Shown: positions 50,993-64,000 of the stretch, piece after piece | Position numbering within the stretch: position 1 is the stretch's first letter | How the letters are laid out: every line of letters starts with the position of its first letter | NCBI GenBank assembly: GCA_040954595.2 | Contig: CM082587.2 | Location: forward strand, 2,571,000 to 2,634,999 | Reading direction: 5' to 3' | From: Balanoglossus misakiensis | Lineage: Eukaryota > Animalia > Hemichordata | DNA: 64,000 bases | Notes under the pieces: generated by a model | Told to the model about the DNA's origin: nothing | Databases searched by the model: none | The model's input: only the letters and a program-made list of their open reading frames with translations | Made by a program: the position numbers and the translations under genes

Positions 50993-53900
50993 GTATTTGA
51001 CAAGACTAGTTGTCATTCTGTTGATAAGCTGTCAGGTTTCGTATTAAAATGTAAATGCAATTTAAAATATAGAGCGTTTTGTAAAACTTGTTTTGTCAGT
51101 CAGACGTCCTATTAAATTGTTAGTTTCGACGGTATATTATTGGTTTGTTTGTGAGTTAGAGAAAATGTCCACATGAAACAAACGAAAAAGTTGAGACCCG
51201 TATGTTTCCTCTGAGAACGATACCATTGCAAGGCAAACTTACTTCGAAAATATTTTCTGTTAGCGTTTAATACGCAGTCGCGCCCATGTATTTTTTACTT
51301 ATTGAATAGTCTTTAGGGCAAAAAATACATCTCTAACTGTCCCCTAAAATGTAATAAAGGGCAGTCCTTATGACCTCTGGTGTAATTGGACGTTTTCGTG
51401 CATGCTCGGTTGCCGAGATAACGAATTCAACAGCGTGGACTCTCTGGGTTTGACGCGGAGGAAATATTTATGCATAAACGCGATCAATCGTCCGCGCAAA
51501 ATAGAGCGACCGTAAGATTTGAATTATTCATAATAACTCGGCATTTTTAGTATTCCATGCAGTACTTGCCAAGTGAGGTGTACTACTGAAACTGTTATCG
51601 TTCTCGGTACTATCAAGCGAGTTGAATGAAAATTTGACGGGTATTATCGGTCATACCGCCGCATAACAGACACCTTTCGTTGGAATGGTGGGGAGTAGAG
51701 TCCGGTGGGGGTAGAGGGCAGGGTTACGAGACAGGGTGTCTGTATACTGTACTGGTCCTGAATAGATGGAGGTATTTTCGAAGGGACTGGATAAGGTCGA
51801 GTAGCTTTTTTCTATGCATGTCGATCGCACCGTGTCGAAAGACCCAAATTTAAAATTTTAAAATGAAAACGCGGCGCTTTATGGAAATAACGTCCTTTCA
51901 GACGGCAACGCGCGCGCGCCCTAACATGGCGATGATCATTTGGAGCACGGCAGAGGGGAAGTTGGCATAAAGGCAGAGGCATCGATAACACCTGCGGATA
52001 ATTCAATATTGGAATAAGCCCTAATTCTTGCAATGGTGTCTGTTTTGTCGTCGAGAAAGCCAGGACAACTGCCTCTGAAGATCCAATTAAACAGTTAGAC
52101 ACTGGAAGCAAGACTACATTATTATTTCGATCCCCTAAGCACTCGCCGTGCCATTAAGTCTCCAGGGATCGGAACTGTCTTCGACAAGCAAAAGAGGAAT
52201 TCAATGCGGAGGGGAAAAAAGAAAGCCCACGCGGCTGCAAATAACTAAAATGAATGCTGCTACCCTAAGACCATAATCCGAAATTCGGTTGGTTTTATTT
52301 TTTTTCAACAACAAGCTGAAATCTGCTTATAGGGCGGCCGCTTTGTAATTGCTCATAAAATTCCGAATTTGTGAACTTATTGCTGGGAGGCAATATGTTC
52401 TGTCTGGTTTGACTTCTTTTGTCTCTGCGAAAAAAGGGGAGGCATCGGTACAATAATACCTCTAAACATCAAGACTTTACGCGGGAGTTTTGCGAATTCT
52501 GGGGTGAGTTATTACACAGAGAGTCTGGTTCTCTGGTGGGTATGATTAGTGAAACATTATTTTTGTGTCCGCTTTCTTCGTTGAATGGAAACTTTCAAAC
52601 TCATTTTAAAATTTCAGGGGAGTTTTGTTTTCGTTTTCGTCTTCTCAAGTTGTACTGCAGTGGTCTCATGGTTCGAGACTGACATAGGAAATGTTATGTA
52701 CACAAATGCTACCGCCCGAATCCCATGCACCGTCATGAGTTGTTTGGCTGTTGTGTGACTGAGACCTTTAGCAGCAATCGAGAATGGTAACTTCAAAAGG
52801 GAAATGTGATGTGTGGCGCTCTCTACGCTTGTTTCCGATCGGCGGCACCTACCTCAACTGTACACACAGAGAAAGTTAATTGCATAAATTAGGATCTCTT
52901 TCTCCAATTAACGAGAGTGTTTGCCTGCTTAAACTTACAAAGTGTGTCATCAGAGGCGATCGGGAGAACAATTGGAAATTTACATGTGCCTTTGTCCGGT
53001 CGATTTTGTCGGCAGGCTCTGCGTTTGCAGATTACGCCACCGCCCGAATCCCGGCTATTGTTTTAGGACGCATGGGTTTGGTTTTCGTTTGAAAGCACCT
53101 TAGCATTGACTGAAATAACAAACTGGCTTAATCTTATTAAAGCGAGTAAAAATCCAATACTATAGAGGGGCGATCACGCCGATACGCTGGACAGTTACAC
53201 TGGATTAAATCGCAAACTCCCGGCGGAGACATAAACTTCCTGCAATCCGGGTGTCGTTGTTTTTTTTTCCACAGACAATCTCACAAGTGGTTCTGAGGTG
53301 CAGTTGGAGTTGGCAATGAATCGCTCGTAATTCTGTCCGATTGATGAATTAGCACAAAACACGCGTGCCTCTTTCAGTACACACACAAAAGGTACAACGG
53401 CTGGCTATAAAACTTTATCAAGTTTTTTAAAGTCCCGCATTTGTCCAATAGATTCTTTCTCCGATTGATATTTAGGGCCCGCATTGTCTCAACGACTGAT
53501 GGTCTCTGCTTAGACAATGACAAATTATAGATTTACTACCCCCTGGGAGGTATGACATGAATATGCGTCACAATTATTTTAAAATTAAGACATTCTTATC
53601 GGAATGCGAGAATTCGTTAAGTTTGTTCAAGTCATCCGTGACTCATATAACTACAATGCGCCTGAACCGTTGAGATTTGGTTTGGATCACAACCATCGCC
53701 ATTTGCATTTAACACGATTCAAACTATTTTGGGATAACTGTGGACAAAGTGAGTAGTATTTGTGCACATGGGGAGAATATAGTAATTTTACCATTATTTA
53801 AACAAACCAATATGACAAAAAACAGCGGGTATGTAGTACGTGTACTACATTGTGTCATACTGAATATACAGACTGTCAATTCATCCACATGCAATTATCC

Positions 53901-54394
53901 AAAAATAGTTTCAATCACGTTTTGTAAATATTGTCCATCCTACTGCAGTCCAGACGTATTTCAATTCATACTAAATGTGACATGCAGTATTTTAGGATTT
54001 TGTATAAATGAGTTCTTTAAATCTGGCAGTTGCGATTAAAGTTTATATTTTTTTAAAGAAAAAACATCAGATTCGCGCAAAAGTAGGTTCACAGTAGCAC
54101 AGTTCTTTTGTTTTCGTTTGGTAAAGAGTTTGAGTAGACGGACAATATCGTTGTCAAAGGTCGATGGAAGTTTTATGCGTTTTCTCCCGGCATTTGTATT
54201 GTCTCGTCGGATTAATGACTGACGTCACACGCCCTCGCTCAGATCGAAAGTTCTTTCGTCACAGTGTCAGTTATTTTTGCCTATTCTGAAAAGATATAAA
54301 CATTTACCTTTGCTTTGTTTTGAATTGGGCGGTTAGATGCGGCTATTCCGCCGTTATTTGCATTAATGTAAACTCCCAATCTCTCACCCTCCAT

Positions 54395-54423
54395 CTCCCC
54401 CCCTCTCTCTCTCTCTCTCTCTC
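54395..54423. repeat. (CT)n microsatellite about 1 kb upstream of the BarH start codon
   Basis: Read directly from the sequence. Confidence 0.85.
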
Positions 54424-54719
54424 AAAGTTTTACTGTTTCCACTTCTGACTGCCATAACAAATACACAAACGGTTTTCTTTGCAAGATGACGCAGTTCTTT
54501 TCGCATGAAAGTGTGTATATCAGCGATATAGCGTCCATCATTGCTGGGAAAGTATGTGAGAGAAAAAAAACCCAGTGCGTTGTGGCGGAGAATAAATGCC
54601 GATTTACCCTCTGTTGCTAATCGACTAGTTACCGAAACCATGGCAGAAGACAACACTTCCAATCGGACCCGATTTGTCAATCGAAGTGCGAAATGTTCTT
54701 TTGTCCCCTCGGTTCTTTG

Positions 54720-54910
54720 GGGATCACGTGACCACCCCGCTGATTTGTTCTTTTTCGCCACCACTCTCATTCAATGGTAAACTGGTTTATGGAGAAGAAG
54801 GCGTTCCGTGTCATTAAACACGCAATCCGATTGGCTGAGGTGAAATAAGCCGTGAATTATCAAGAAGCTGAGCTGTCAATTGCCGCATCCAGATTATAGC
54901 CTGTTCATGC
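54720..54910 (+). promoter_or_regulatory. Candidate BarH proximal promoter region
   Basis: E-box tcacgtga (~54724) and an inverted CCAAT box gattggctga (~54829), 0.5-0.7 kb upstream of the ATG. The transcription start cannot be determined from sequence. Confidence 0.3.
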
Positions 54911-55399
54911 CTATTTTACGAGGTTCTTTGACGAATTTGGTAATTGGGAAAGATTTTTCTTATAGCCGCGTCGTGTTAACATACCTTGGGGGTAAAAGAC
55001 AGTAAACAAATTTCCGTCAGCAAGGGGATCGCGCAACATCGGCGTCTTCCTTTGATTAACACCTGTAAGTTTATCGACTTCGCCGGTTATTGTTTTTACA
55101 TTTCTCGTGTCTGACGGTTTCGGCGTAGAGTAAGCTTAAATTTGTCATTCCACGACAACTCAAAATTTATATAAATTGTATTCTTTTTTTCATTTTATAT
55201 TTTACAGGCATGCTGGGATTCGTGACCCGTGCTGTTTGGAATTCGTTCAGCGGAAAGCGTGTTTGAGAGGGAGGCCTTCTTGGAGTCAAAGAGAGAAGGG
55301 TTGCTAAATTGAAATTGACGGGTGACTCTGGTTCTGCTTTGACGGGCGGACGACAACAAGAAGCGATTGGGTCACTCGAGAATCGACGTGCTCTTAGCG

Positions 55400-55925
55400 A
55401 TGTCGTCACCGAACCCACCAGACAAGATGAAAACGGTGATAACGCCTATCGTCGGCGGAGAGCATCGCGTTTACAGCGACAGTGACAGCGAGAGGGAAAG
55501 TGATCTGAACACCGGCTCCGACGAGGAATTCGAGGCGCCGCGCCCGGCGAACCACGTCGGATACCTGGTGACGGCGGCGGCGGCAGGCCAGGCCAAAATC
55601 AAGGAAAACAACGACATTTTTCACCGCCAGAACCTACCGATAGAAGCCCCGAGGACCGCGTCGTCGTCTTTTCTAATCAGAGACATACTGGGCGACGTAA
55701 AACGGGCGGAAACGGAACACTGCAACGGCGCGAATCGCACCGACTCGATAGACCAAATGATACCGAGCGGGGACAGTGAAGCGCTCGATTCCAACGAACA
55801 GACTCTCGGTTTGTCATCGGGTGCGGACGAGACAGAATACGCCAACAGCAATTCCACAAACTCCAACAAACGAATAATCGAATATGACGACGACGAAGAT
55901 GATGATGATGACAGTTCGGAACAAG
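55400..55925 (+). CDS. barhl: BarH-like homeobox transcription factor, coding exon 1 (eh1/FIL repression motif SSFLIRDIL)
   Basis: ATG at 55400 in ORF 55367-55963. SSFLIRDIL is the BarH-family FIL/eh1 motif. Donor CAA G|gtgggc, phase 1. Confidence 0.88.
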
Positions 55926-58687
55926 GTGGGCTTTTGTTATTAGGGAAATACACGACTTTCTAAATAATTTTCGACAAATAGGTTAAAAACTGATCCCGTT
56001 GATATGACCTGTTTTACTCTTTATCACTGAGATAACAGGTATCTATCATATTTGATACAAAGGGAATTTGTTGTTTTATAGATTACATATTTGTTGTGAT
56101 AACGGGCCCACTGCATGGTCATAATCTTGAACTGTGATATGTTTGCGGATATGCCAGAAATACTTTACTCTCAGCCAAGTGCGTGTTTGTAATGTATATC
56201 TTGGTGTGTCGGCTATGCGCTGCTTCAGGTTCTTGATTGTCGAGACAGTGTTCATTAAACTGTCTGTACTTTGAAAGAGATGGTCACCCATGATTCGGAT
56301 AATAACGGACAGACAATAAGAAAATGTCCCGCTAAAATAGTCGTATATAGAAATATAGTTATCACTGATCAGCCAAAGTTTTTTTTCGGATGCAATATAT
56401 TTGGCATTATGTCACTTGCGTGACTGTTATCTCTTGGTTGAATGATCACGTCACCCTTAGCACCCAAGTTGGCGGCCATCATCGCGCCGACGCTTTACTC
56501 GCGCACACCTTAATCAGCGGCACCAAATATCATAGTATGTGCTGTACCTCCACAGGACTGATAACAAGAGCTTTTTCGGTTCTAGTGGGCGCAAGCGTGC
56601 CGATTCTCCTTCCAAGACGAACGGGGCCGCCGTTAATCTACAAGTGACCTCTGAGGAATATGAGTTTTACGACATATCTTTGTCACAGCGCTCACGGCGA
56701 TGTTACACCGTTTAGTCGCGTTGAACGCGGCGGATTTTAATAGACGGCGAGGAAAACATGCGGCCCGATATATAAAACGTACAAACCCCTGTGATTTTAA
56801 TTTGAACAGGCGTTTCAATTAGGAAGCGATAACCCGAGTTATTTAGGTGTCCGCTTGTTGTACAATATGAAGCAAGACCACAGGTATTTTGAATACAAGA
56901 GTTTTTTCAACACCGACAACACTGTGGGTCCTTTCTTCTGGGTGAGTCGGTGGTTTATTGCGAACAAAACGACTCTCCTCGTGGGCCACATGTTTGCATA
57001 CGTTGCACTTGGACGAAAGAAAATCACACCAGAAAACACGAAAACCGAACTCACGGGCTTGTCGACGTCGTGCACTCAGCTGACGGGGGATGTGAGTTTG
57101 TTCCCGAGGAATCATCTCGTCTCGACGCCCAGTTTTGCTGCGGACGTGTCCCCGATGCGATCCATTGTCAGCTCCGAAATTGAAAGCCAAACGCCATTGT
57201 CATTTTCATGGGCCCTCGTTTTCTAAACAAATAGGCAAAAAAAATCGAGGTCGTAAATAGCGACGTCAATACACCGTCTTGTTTTGCAACCGATAATAGG
57301 CTGTCTTCGGTCCACTTTTTATCTCCGTGAATTCAGTACATCAAAAAATCGTGTAGGTCATCAATCTTCTTATCAAAGATCTATTAGGCCTAGCAGATAC
57401 CCCCGCCCTTAGTCGCAGCAAAAAAAAACGACCGTAGCTGAGTTCTATCTCATCTACATTTCAAATCCGCGCAGACGACAGAAGATCTGTGCAACGTTTT
57501 ACGACCCCGATTGTCCGCGGGGGGAAAAACGAACGTGGACGCTATTCCGGTTGTCCAAACTGTTGTCCCAGCAAGCCCAACGACTGCCGGGATTTTTACC
57601 TTTAGCCGAGGTCACACGCTCAGCCTGTAAGCTTTTCGACGAACTCACCTGCTCGTGATGACGAGGAAAAACATTATCTGACTCATAGCGCATAATCTGC
57701 CGAATGTACTATCATACTGATCATGGCGACTGCACATTGAAATAAAAAACGCTGTATTTTTATAGACTTTTAAAACATTTCTTTGAAATTTAAAATGGAT
57801 GCCGTATGATTTCATCCAAGGAACCGTTATCTCGCGATCAGCGGTTCACTTGGTTCGTTTTAGCGGCCGCATACAACACAGGCGGCGAGATTAGACTTCT
57901 CCGAAGGTGACGAGCCCGATTCGAAGATGATAATAATTCTAAAATTTAGCACGAACTCACATCTAAGCGAAGGAATTAAACCATTGGAAGTGCTCCCAAG
58001 CTCCATCGTGAGATGTTTAAGTGAGAAAATGCCAGAAATGATACAGCAAGCGCATCCATCTGTAGTATTGAACCCTATTTCTGCTCCTTCTCCGTTTTCA
58101 AATATATTCAACGCGTTTCGGTGTGTCTTCACGAAAAACGTTTGTGTGTGCCAGTAAAAATGGAAATTTTGTTACAATTCCCTTGTTTTTTTTTGTGATC
58201 TTTTCTGGCATGAAAACTGAATAAGTACACATCGATTCTCCTCAGAATGCAACGCGCGGAAGAAACGGGTTTTCAAATTACTGTCGACCAGGCGGTTGTG
58301 ACTAAATTACTCTGGCGAGCAGACACGGCATCGTATGGTACCCTCACTCGATGAATGCAACGATAGCTTATTAATGGAAAACGACAGCAGGTTAAGGTCT
58401 TCAAGGCACGCCATAGCCGCACGGTGAATCCACACAAAACGGCTCCAAAAACTGGTGGTGTGGACTGAGTTGCGGCGAATACAAAAATACACTAACTGCT
58501 CAAAGACACCAAGTTCAAAACCAGTACATGTATATCAAACATTCTAACACTACACTACAAAAGAAATGGTCAAAGACAGCACACGTACAACAAACCAGTC
58601 TATTTACCGTGTTAATTTAATTGCAGATACGAGTAAAATTCACACTATGTTAACTAATATAAAAAAATAAACTACAAACTAAACTCG

Positions 58688-59091
58688 AGCGTGACCAGGT
58701 GACCAAACAAAAATTCCTAACAAGTTCAAAGTCTCAAACAGTTCGGTGACGCGACGCACGAAGATACTGGGCTTTCTGTCCGTTTAACGCCAGCGTACAA
58801 AAGACAGCCACGTATTACCTCAAATGCAGTTCCACAGTCACACGGAGACGCGCTCCCTCAGGACGGCTCCCAAATTCCACGCGGCGTCCTCGAAAACATC
58901 CACCACGACTTCAAGTCCCTTCGGCAGTTTCAATCCTCAGCTACCATGTAGACAGGCAAACTCCGTACGGTGGGCTCCCAAAACACCTCCAAGGCGACGG
59001 CACAGCTACCAGACCAGAATCAAAATGGGCCACCCGACAACGTGGCACTGGATGGCTGTTATACGACCAAAAACTAACACCTGGTCACGCT
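58688..59091. mobile_element. Putative ~400-bp MITE in BarH intron 1
   Basis: Perfect 14-bp inverted repeats agcgtgaccaggtg (58688-58701) and cacctggtcacgct (59078-59091). No clear target-site duplication. Confidence 0.45.
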
Positions 59092-60375
59092 AATATGTTA
59101 AATAAAGAAATAAACATAGGTGCACCTGGCCACAAAAACAATAGAAAAACTTCTCCTACGTAACACCATACGAAAATAATGCAATTTCCAAGAATGAAAT
59201 TCGATGAAATCGGGTCGAAAATGGTCTTGTTGATCGATCTTACAAGGAACGAGACTGTAAAAATAAAGTAAATGAATAAAGACGTGAACACGCTCATTTT
59301 TAGACCGTGTTTCGTCCGTTACTCCGCTACGGTTATTATCACGATATCGTGCGTATTGTGCATCGATATCACCGACACAAAATGTCGTCTACCGGAGCTT
59401 CGCAGATTCCCTCAACCGTGTTGAAAGCCCTCTAGAAGGGATATGAGAATTCCCAAAATTATAGGGTTGTCAAATCTACTGCATACGTATATACAGACGC
59501 ATAAATTCGAGTTCAGATGTGGTATGTTTTGATCGATCGTGGGAGTTCTCAGTCCCTTGCGTCTACATTTTAGTTTTGATTTATTTTGACTGTCTGCTGT
59601 GGTGTCACGGCACTACATGGCCCCTCGACATTTGTGTTCAACCTAACCACTAATCATTCGGTCACCTGGCTGACTTGTTGGTTACTTGTTACAAAACGAT
59701 AGTAATATCATAAAATCACATCACGGAAATCGTGATATCTTAGTTTTATATAAAACAAAATTTCTCCAAACCCAAATTCATCGCAGAATACAGAATACAA
59801 ACTGCTCACTCAAATAAAATTTAAAATCGAAGTTTCAGTCAAAGCGGTATTTTTTTCTACAGTTAAGCATTAATTTGACGGTGCCATAAATCTTTCAAAA
59901 TTTATCATCACAAGGAAAGGCCACGGATTTTATTTCTTTTCAATTTCCATGGCACTACTGTAATCAAAGCGAACCAGTGTTGACACTGCCATCATGCCTT
60001 CGGGCTATAACAATTGTTCCGTCAGTCGAAACATTCGGTGATAAACCAACAAAGTTTGTTTTATAAATACGGAAATTTAAGAAGTCTGCCTAAAATGAAA
60101 GTCGGGGACTATTAGTATGTTTTCTTTGTGGATTGTATTTTATATTATTTAGCGGGACTCCTGCGCAGCTTTTTGATTCGGTGTGCGCGCCGCTGCAGCA
60201 TGGCCACGGCGGCCAAAACGGTACCGGATTCGAATAAATATATTTTCAAACACAAAGAACTTCGTGGAAATATTAATCGACACGCCAATTTCTACCGATA
60301 TTTCGATTCACATATGTTAGCAAATGATGTAACACTCATGACCTTTAACCGCTCTGACCCCCCACCCCCTTCTGA

Positions 60376-60600
<225 letters not shown>

Positions 60601-62229
60601 TAAATCACCCCCCCCCCCCAAAACACTAACACACTGGCAGACTAGAGTAAACAGCCGTTCACTTTTTTCAGTTGTGCTGATTCAAATCTTGCTGAGTCCG
60701 ATCCGTGGTAATGCGTTGAAATCACGAAAACAAATAAAATAAATCTTTTCCAGCAAAACATTACAAAAATTTAGTAATTTGCTTCCAAAATAGAAAGATT
60801 TGTAACCTCTTGTTTTGAGAAGTCTGCAAAATAATAAAGGAAAGAAACCCAACATAACAATGAGCGGGTTTCAGTGATGACTTACCACAAACATGACAAT
60901 ATAAACCCATATGCGCTTTTACACACATTCTGTCTGTTACGAAAAAAACTATACGTGAAGTAACATTATATACTATGCTTCGGAAAAGTCAATACACATA
61001 ATAAAAATGTTTCAAATTTATTTAAGTGCCCGGCCTTTGAAGCTTAATTTTCCCTAAATCCTGAAAGTTATTAATTCTCTTATGTATTACACTCGATATC
61101 TCAAATTATAATTTTTGAGCACAATTTCGACGTCAATCGAAGTATTTTGCGATTAATTATTTCCGATTCAGTCGGCACATTGACTGCGCCAGTCCGTTCC
61201 CGAAGCTTAATCAATATTCCGAACTCAACGCGGTATAATCTGGGCATTGCAGTGTCCCTACTTTGCAGTTGGCGGTATAATTAAATTGCGCCGAGTTAAA
61301 ACATTTTTCAGACATAGAAACAGTGTTTATCTATCAAATTATTTTCGTGGAACGAAGTGAAACCGTTTTGTTCTGTATAATTGGGAGACGTCGATCACTG
61401 GACAAGCTGCTTTATTGGGCGACTTGGTTCGGGGCGGCGACTCATTTTCTCTCGGGGTGTGAGGGGCCGTTTCGGAGATAATATGTTTCTTTCAGTTCAG
61501 AACTAAAGAGGAAATCGACACTTATCGGTCAGAATAAAGAAAACCATTCTCTTTATCAGAATTATTTTTGTCCTAACGTGATTAACAAGTTGCCGGGGTA
61601 ATCGTCGCGCGTTTGATTGCGAGCGAGGCCGGGGATGATATAACAGAAAGTGACGTTTTCCAAAGTAGCGCACTTTACCAGGCGACGCCAAACCACTAGG
61701 CCATTGCGTTTGCTTAAGTTGTAACAAAACTCTAATTGGACTAATTAGCCTCATGCTGACAGACTACATAACCCAATTTTGCTAAATCACCAATTGTTTT
61801 TTTTCTCACTACACTATTAAATTAAATTGAATTCACCCGCTAAGTTGACTTTCCAGCCTTGTTTGTGTATTTTTCTGGTTATCGAGTAATTGGTTCGTAA
61901 TAGGTTCGAGTGACCGACACTTGTTAACACAAATCAAGGCGACACGTTCTAATATTTTCACGATATAATAAAAAAAGGTCTTGAAAATTGATTGCACGGG
62001 TAAATTAGGCTACTGTATGTATTTGTGAGGGTGGTGTTCAAGTTGATTCAATCGATAAGGTGAAGGGGGATTACTGTGACTTCAATAAAACGGTTTCTTA
62101 AGCAAGGGAGGGTATACAATTTTTAGGGAAACGTTCACGGCTAAATCTAATCAACACATCACTAGTTAGGCCTATACGAATTTTCTAAACAAGCGGCCTT
62201 GCTTTGTATTTGTTTTTTTTTTTCAACAG

Positions 62230-62497
62230 AACTAAATGGAAACGACAGATGCAAGTCGGCTTCGAATTCTTAGAGACGGGCAACTTCAACCCGCTTCACA
62301 GCATACTCCCGCGGCCTTCGCCCTACTTCTACCACCCGAACCAGGCCATCATATCCAACATGGACAGTCTGTACAACATCCACGGCGGGCAGAGGCCCAT
62401 GTTCCCCCGGATGTTCCTTCACGGACTCCAGCAACACCTGAACCACCTTCCGGTGGCGCCCCGACCCCTACATCCGGGGCAGCCGCTGCCGCACTGA
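62230..62497 (+). CDS. barhl: BarH-like homeobox, coding exon 3 (TKWKRQ...PSPYFYHP..., stop TGA at 62495-62497)
   Basis: Acceptor ttttttcaacag|A. It completes the homeodomain, and PSPYFY is shared with vertebrate BARHL. Total CDS is 1008 nt (335 aa). Confidence 0.93.
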
Positions 62498-62586
62498 GAC
62501 TGAAAGAACGACGCGCGCGCACTTCTATGCATAACCGGTGTGACTATCACCATCATCGCTATTATTCCCTTTTATATAAATTATCA

Positions 62587-62600
62587 AATAAATTAATAAA
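62587..62600 (+). terminator. Tandem AATAAA candidate polyadenylation signals for BarH
   Basis: aataaa at 62587 and 62595, about 90 nt after the stop codon. Confidence 0.45.
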
Positions 62601-63497
62601 CAGTGACGAATGCCCCCCAAAAAACGAGAAAGCGTACACGGGACTTACACTTTTGTATGTTTGAGAGTTTGTCGAATTCCGGAGGGAAAAAATTTGAATC
62701 AAAACCAGGAGGTGAACAATGGCGTTATTCACTCGCACTGCCCGTCCACTGAACAAAGTTCAGCTTTTCCTTTAGAACTTTCCAAAGCGAACGAGAAACC
62801 CCAACGGAATCACATGGATGAATATTTAGTCCCCGCACTGCACGCGGTCAGAGTATTGACTTTGTTCACGTCTCTTTTAGTTCCGCTTCTCTTATTGACA
62901 GAATCAAGTCGAGAATGATCATTTTTTTAAAACACGACGAGATGGAGAATTCGCGTTACCGACAAGGAGACTAAGAACAGTGTTCGGAAAGACGCGTCTT
63001 TGATGAAAACAACAAGACGAATGCCAACTTCTGAACAAGACTGGCAAGATATAGCCACGTGACCCATATCAAGCCTCGCAGGGTCCTACACCACGCATGT
63101 GCACCAAACCAAAAACAGACCAGGGTGGGATTCAAATCAACGCGTCAACACATGGTTGCCACGGTAACACTAAGGCGAGTCGTTTGGACGAAGGCCTCTT
63201 GAACCGCCATAGCAAAACTCCAGAAGGAGCCAGTCTTCAATGGGGGAAAAGGTGAGAATTCTTGATCTTGCAGCATCAGATCTCGTCGGGGGGGGGGGTC
63301 TAGATATTATCACACGGCGGCCTCGCCTTCGTGACATTGGGAATAGACAACTAACAACGTGCACGTTTGATATTGTCTTTCAGATGAAAACCAACTCACC
63401 GCGTATTCAAGTTAGAATCATGCTCGGGACAACGCTTCCTGGAGCGGCTTGCAGCCTGCCATGCCCGGCCAACCAGCGCGTGCACGAGAAGATCCAT

Positions 63498-63583
63498 ATC
63501 ATCCGAAAACAACCCACATCTGAATGCAACTACAGGAGACATCATCCGAAAAGAACCCACATCTGAATGCATCTACAGGAGAC
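63498..63583. repeat. 43-bp tandem duplication (2 copies, 2 mismatches)
   Basis: atcatccgaaaa(c/g)aacccacatctgaatgca(a/t)ctacaggagac, twice. Confidence 0.92.
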
Positions 63584-64000
63584 AATCTACGTTGATTGAT
63601 TGAGAGTTCTCGAAGGAACATTTTATCGTCTGCGAAATGTTAGAGACGCCTTCTGCAATTCGTTCGGTACACTTTCTTTCGCTTAATTTGATTTACACAG
63701 CCACGACTCATCAATGAACTGGCTTTATCTCAGAGTTAATTTTATCAGTTGTGTTGAGACCACTCTTGTGAACAGCACAACCACCTGCATTCTGCTTTGC
63801 GACGAATTGACAAATCTGCCATTGACAACAACATCCACGATTCCATTTCCGTTGAGGTTCAGATTCCTGTGTTATTTCCTTTCAAATCATTTGTTCGCGT
63901 CATCCATTTGGGTGTGGCGGAAGACCACTAGTGCGAATTTTCGACGCGGAGATACAATACGGGACACCAAGAAGTTCGTCACGATTTTGACCGGAGGCCT

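Overview
Eukaryotic genomic DNA, probably from an invertebrate deuterostome: introns are spliceosomal GT-AG, and the BarH protein resembles vertebrate BARHL outside the homeodomain. The window has three parts. (1) 468-7819 (+): the last 10 coding exons (at least 1259 aa) of a gene whose product has a ~840-aa acidic disordered segment from one 2.5-kb exon and a C-terminal gamma-glutamylcyclotransferase (GGCT)-fold domain. That domain appears to lack the catalytic Glu. (2) ~13450-39242: a ~25.8-kb satellite array of ~295 monomers of 87/88 bp. The array is layered, with an 88-bp variant at both edges, transitional variants inside that, and a homogeneous 87-bp core. A ~20.2-kb internal block is inverted between two microhomology fold-back junctions (~18535 and ~38770), and local higher-order periods are 3, 7, 11, 15, 17, 19, 22 and 23 monomers. 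A Helitron-like hairpin plus CTAG lies just past the right end. The very long ORFs in the array are translation artefacts. (3) 55400-62497 (+): a three-exon BarH-like homeobox gene (335 aa) preceded by ~16 kb of non-coding, presumably regulatory DNA. All calls were made by eye; no database searches were run.
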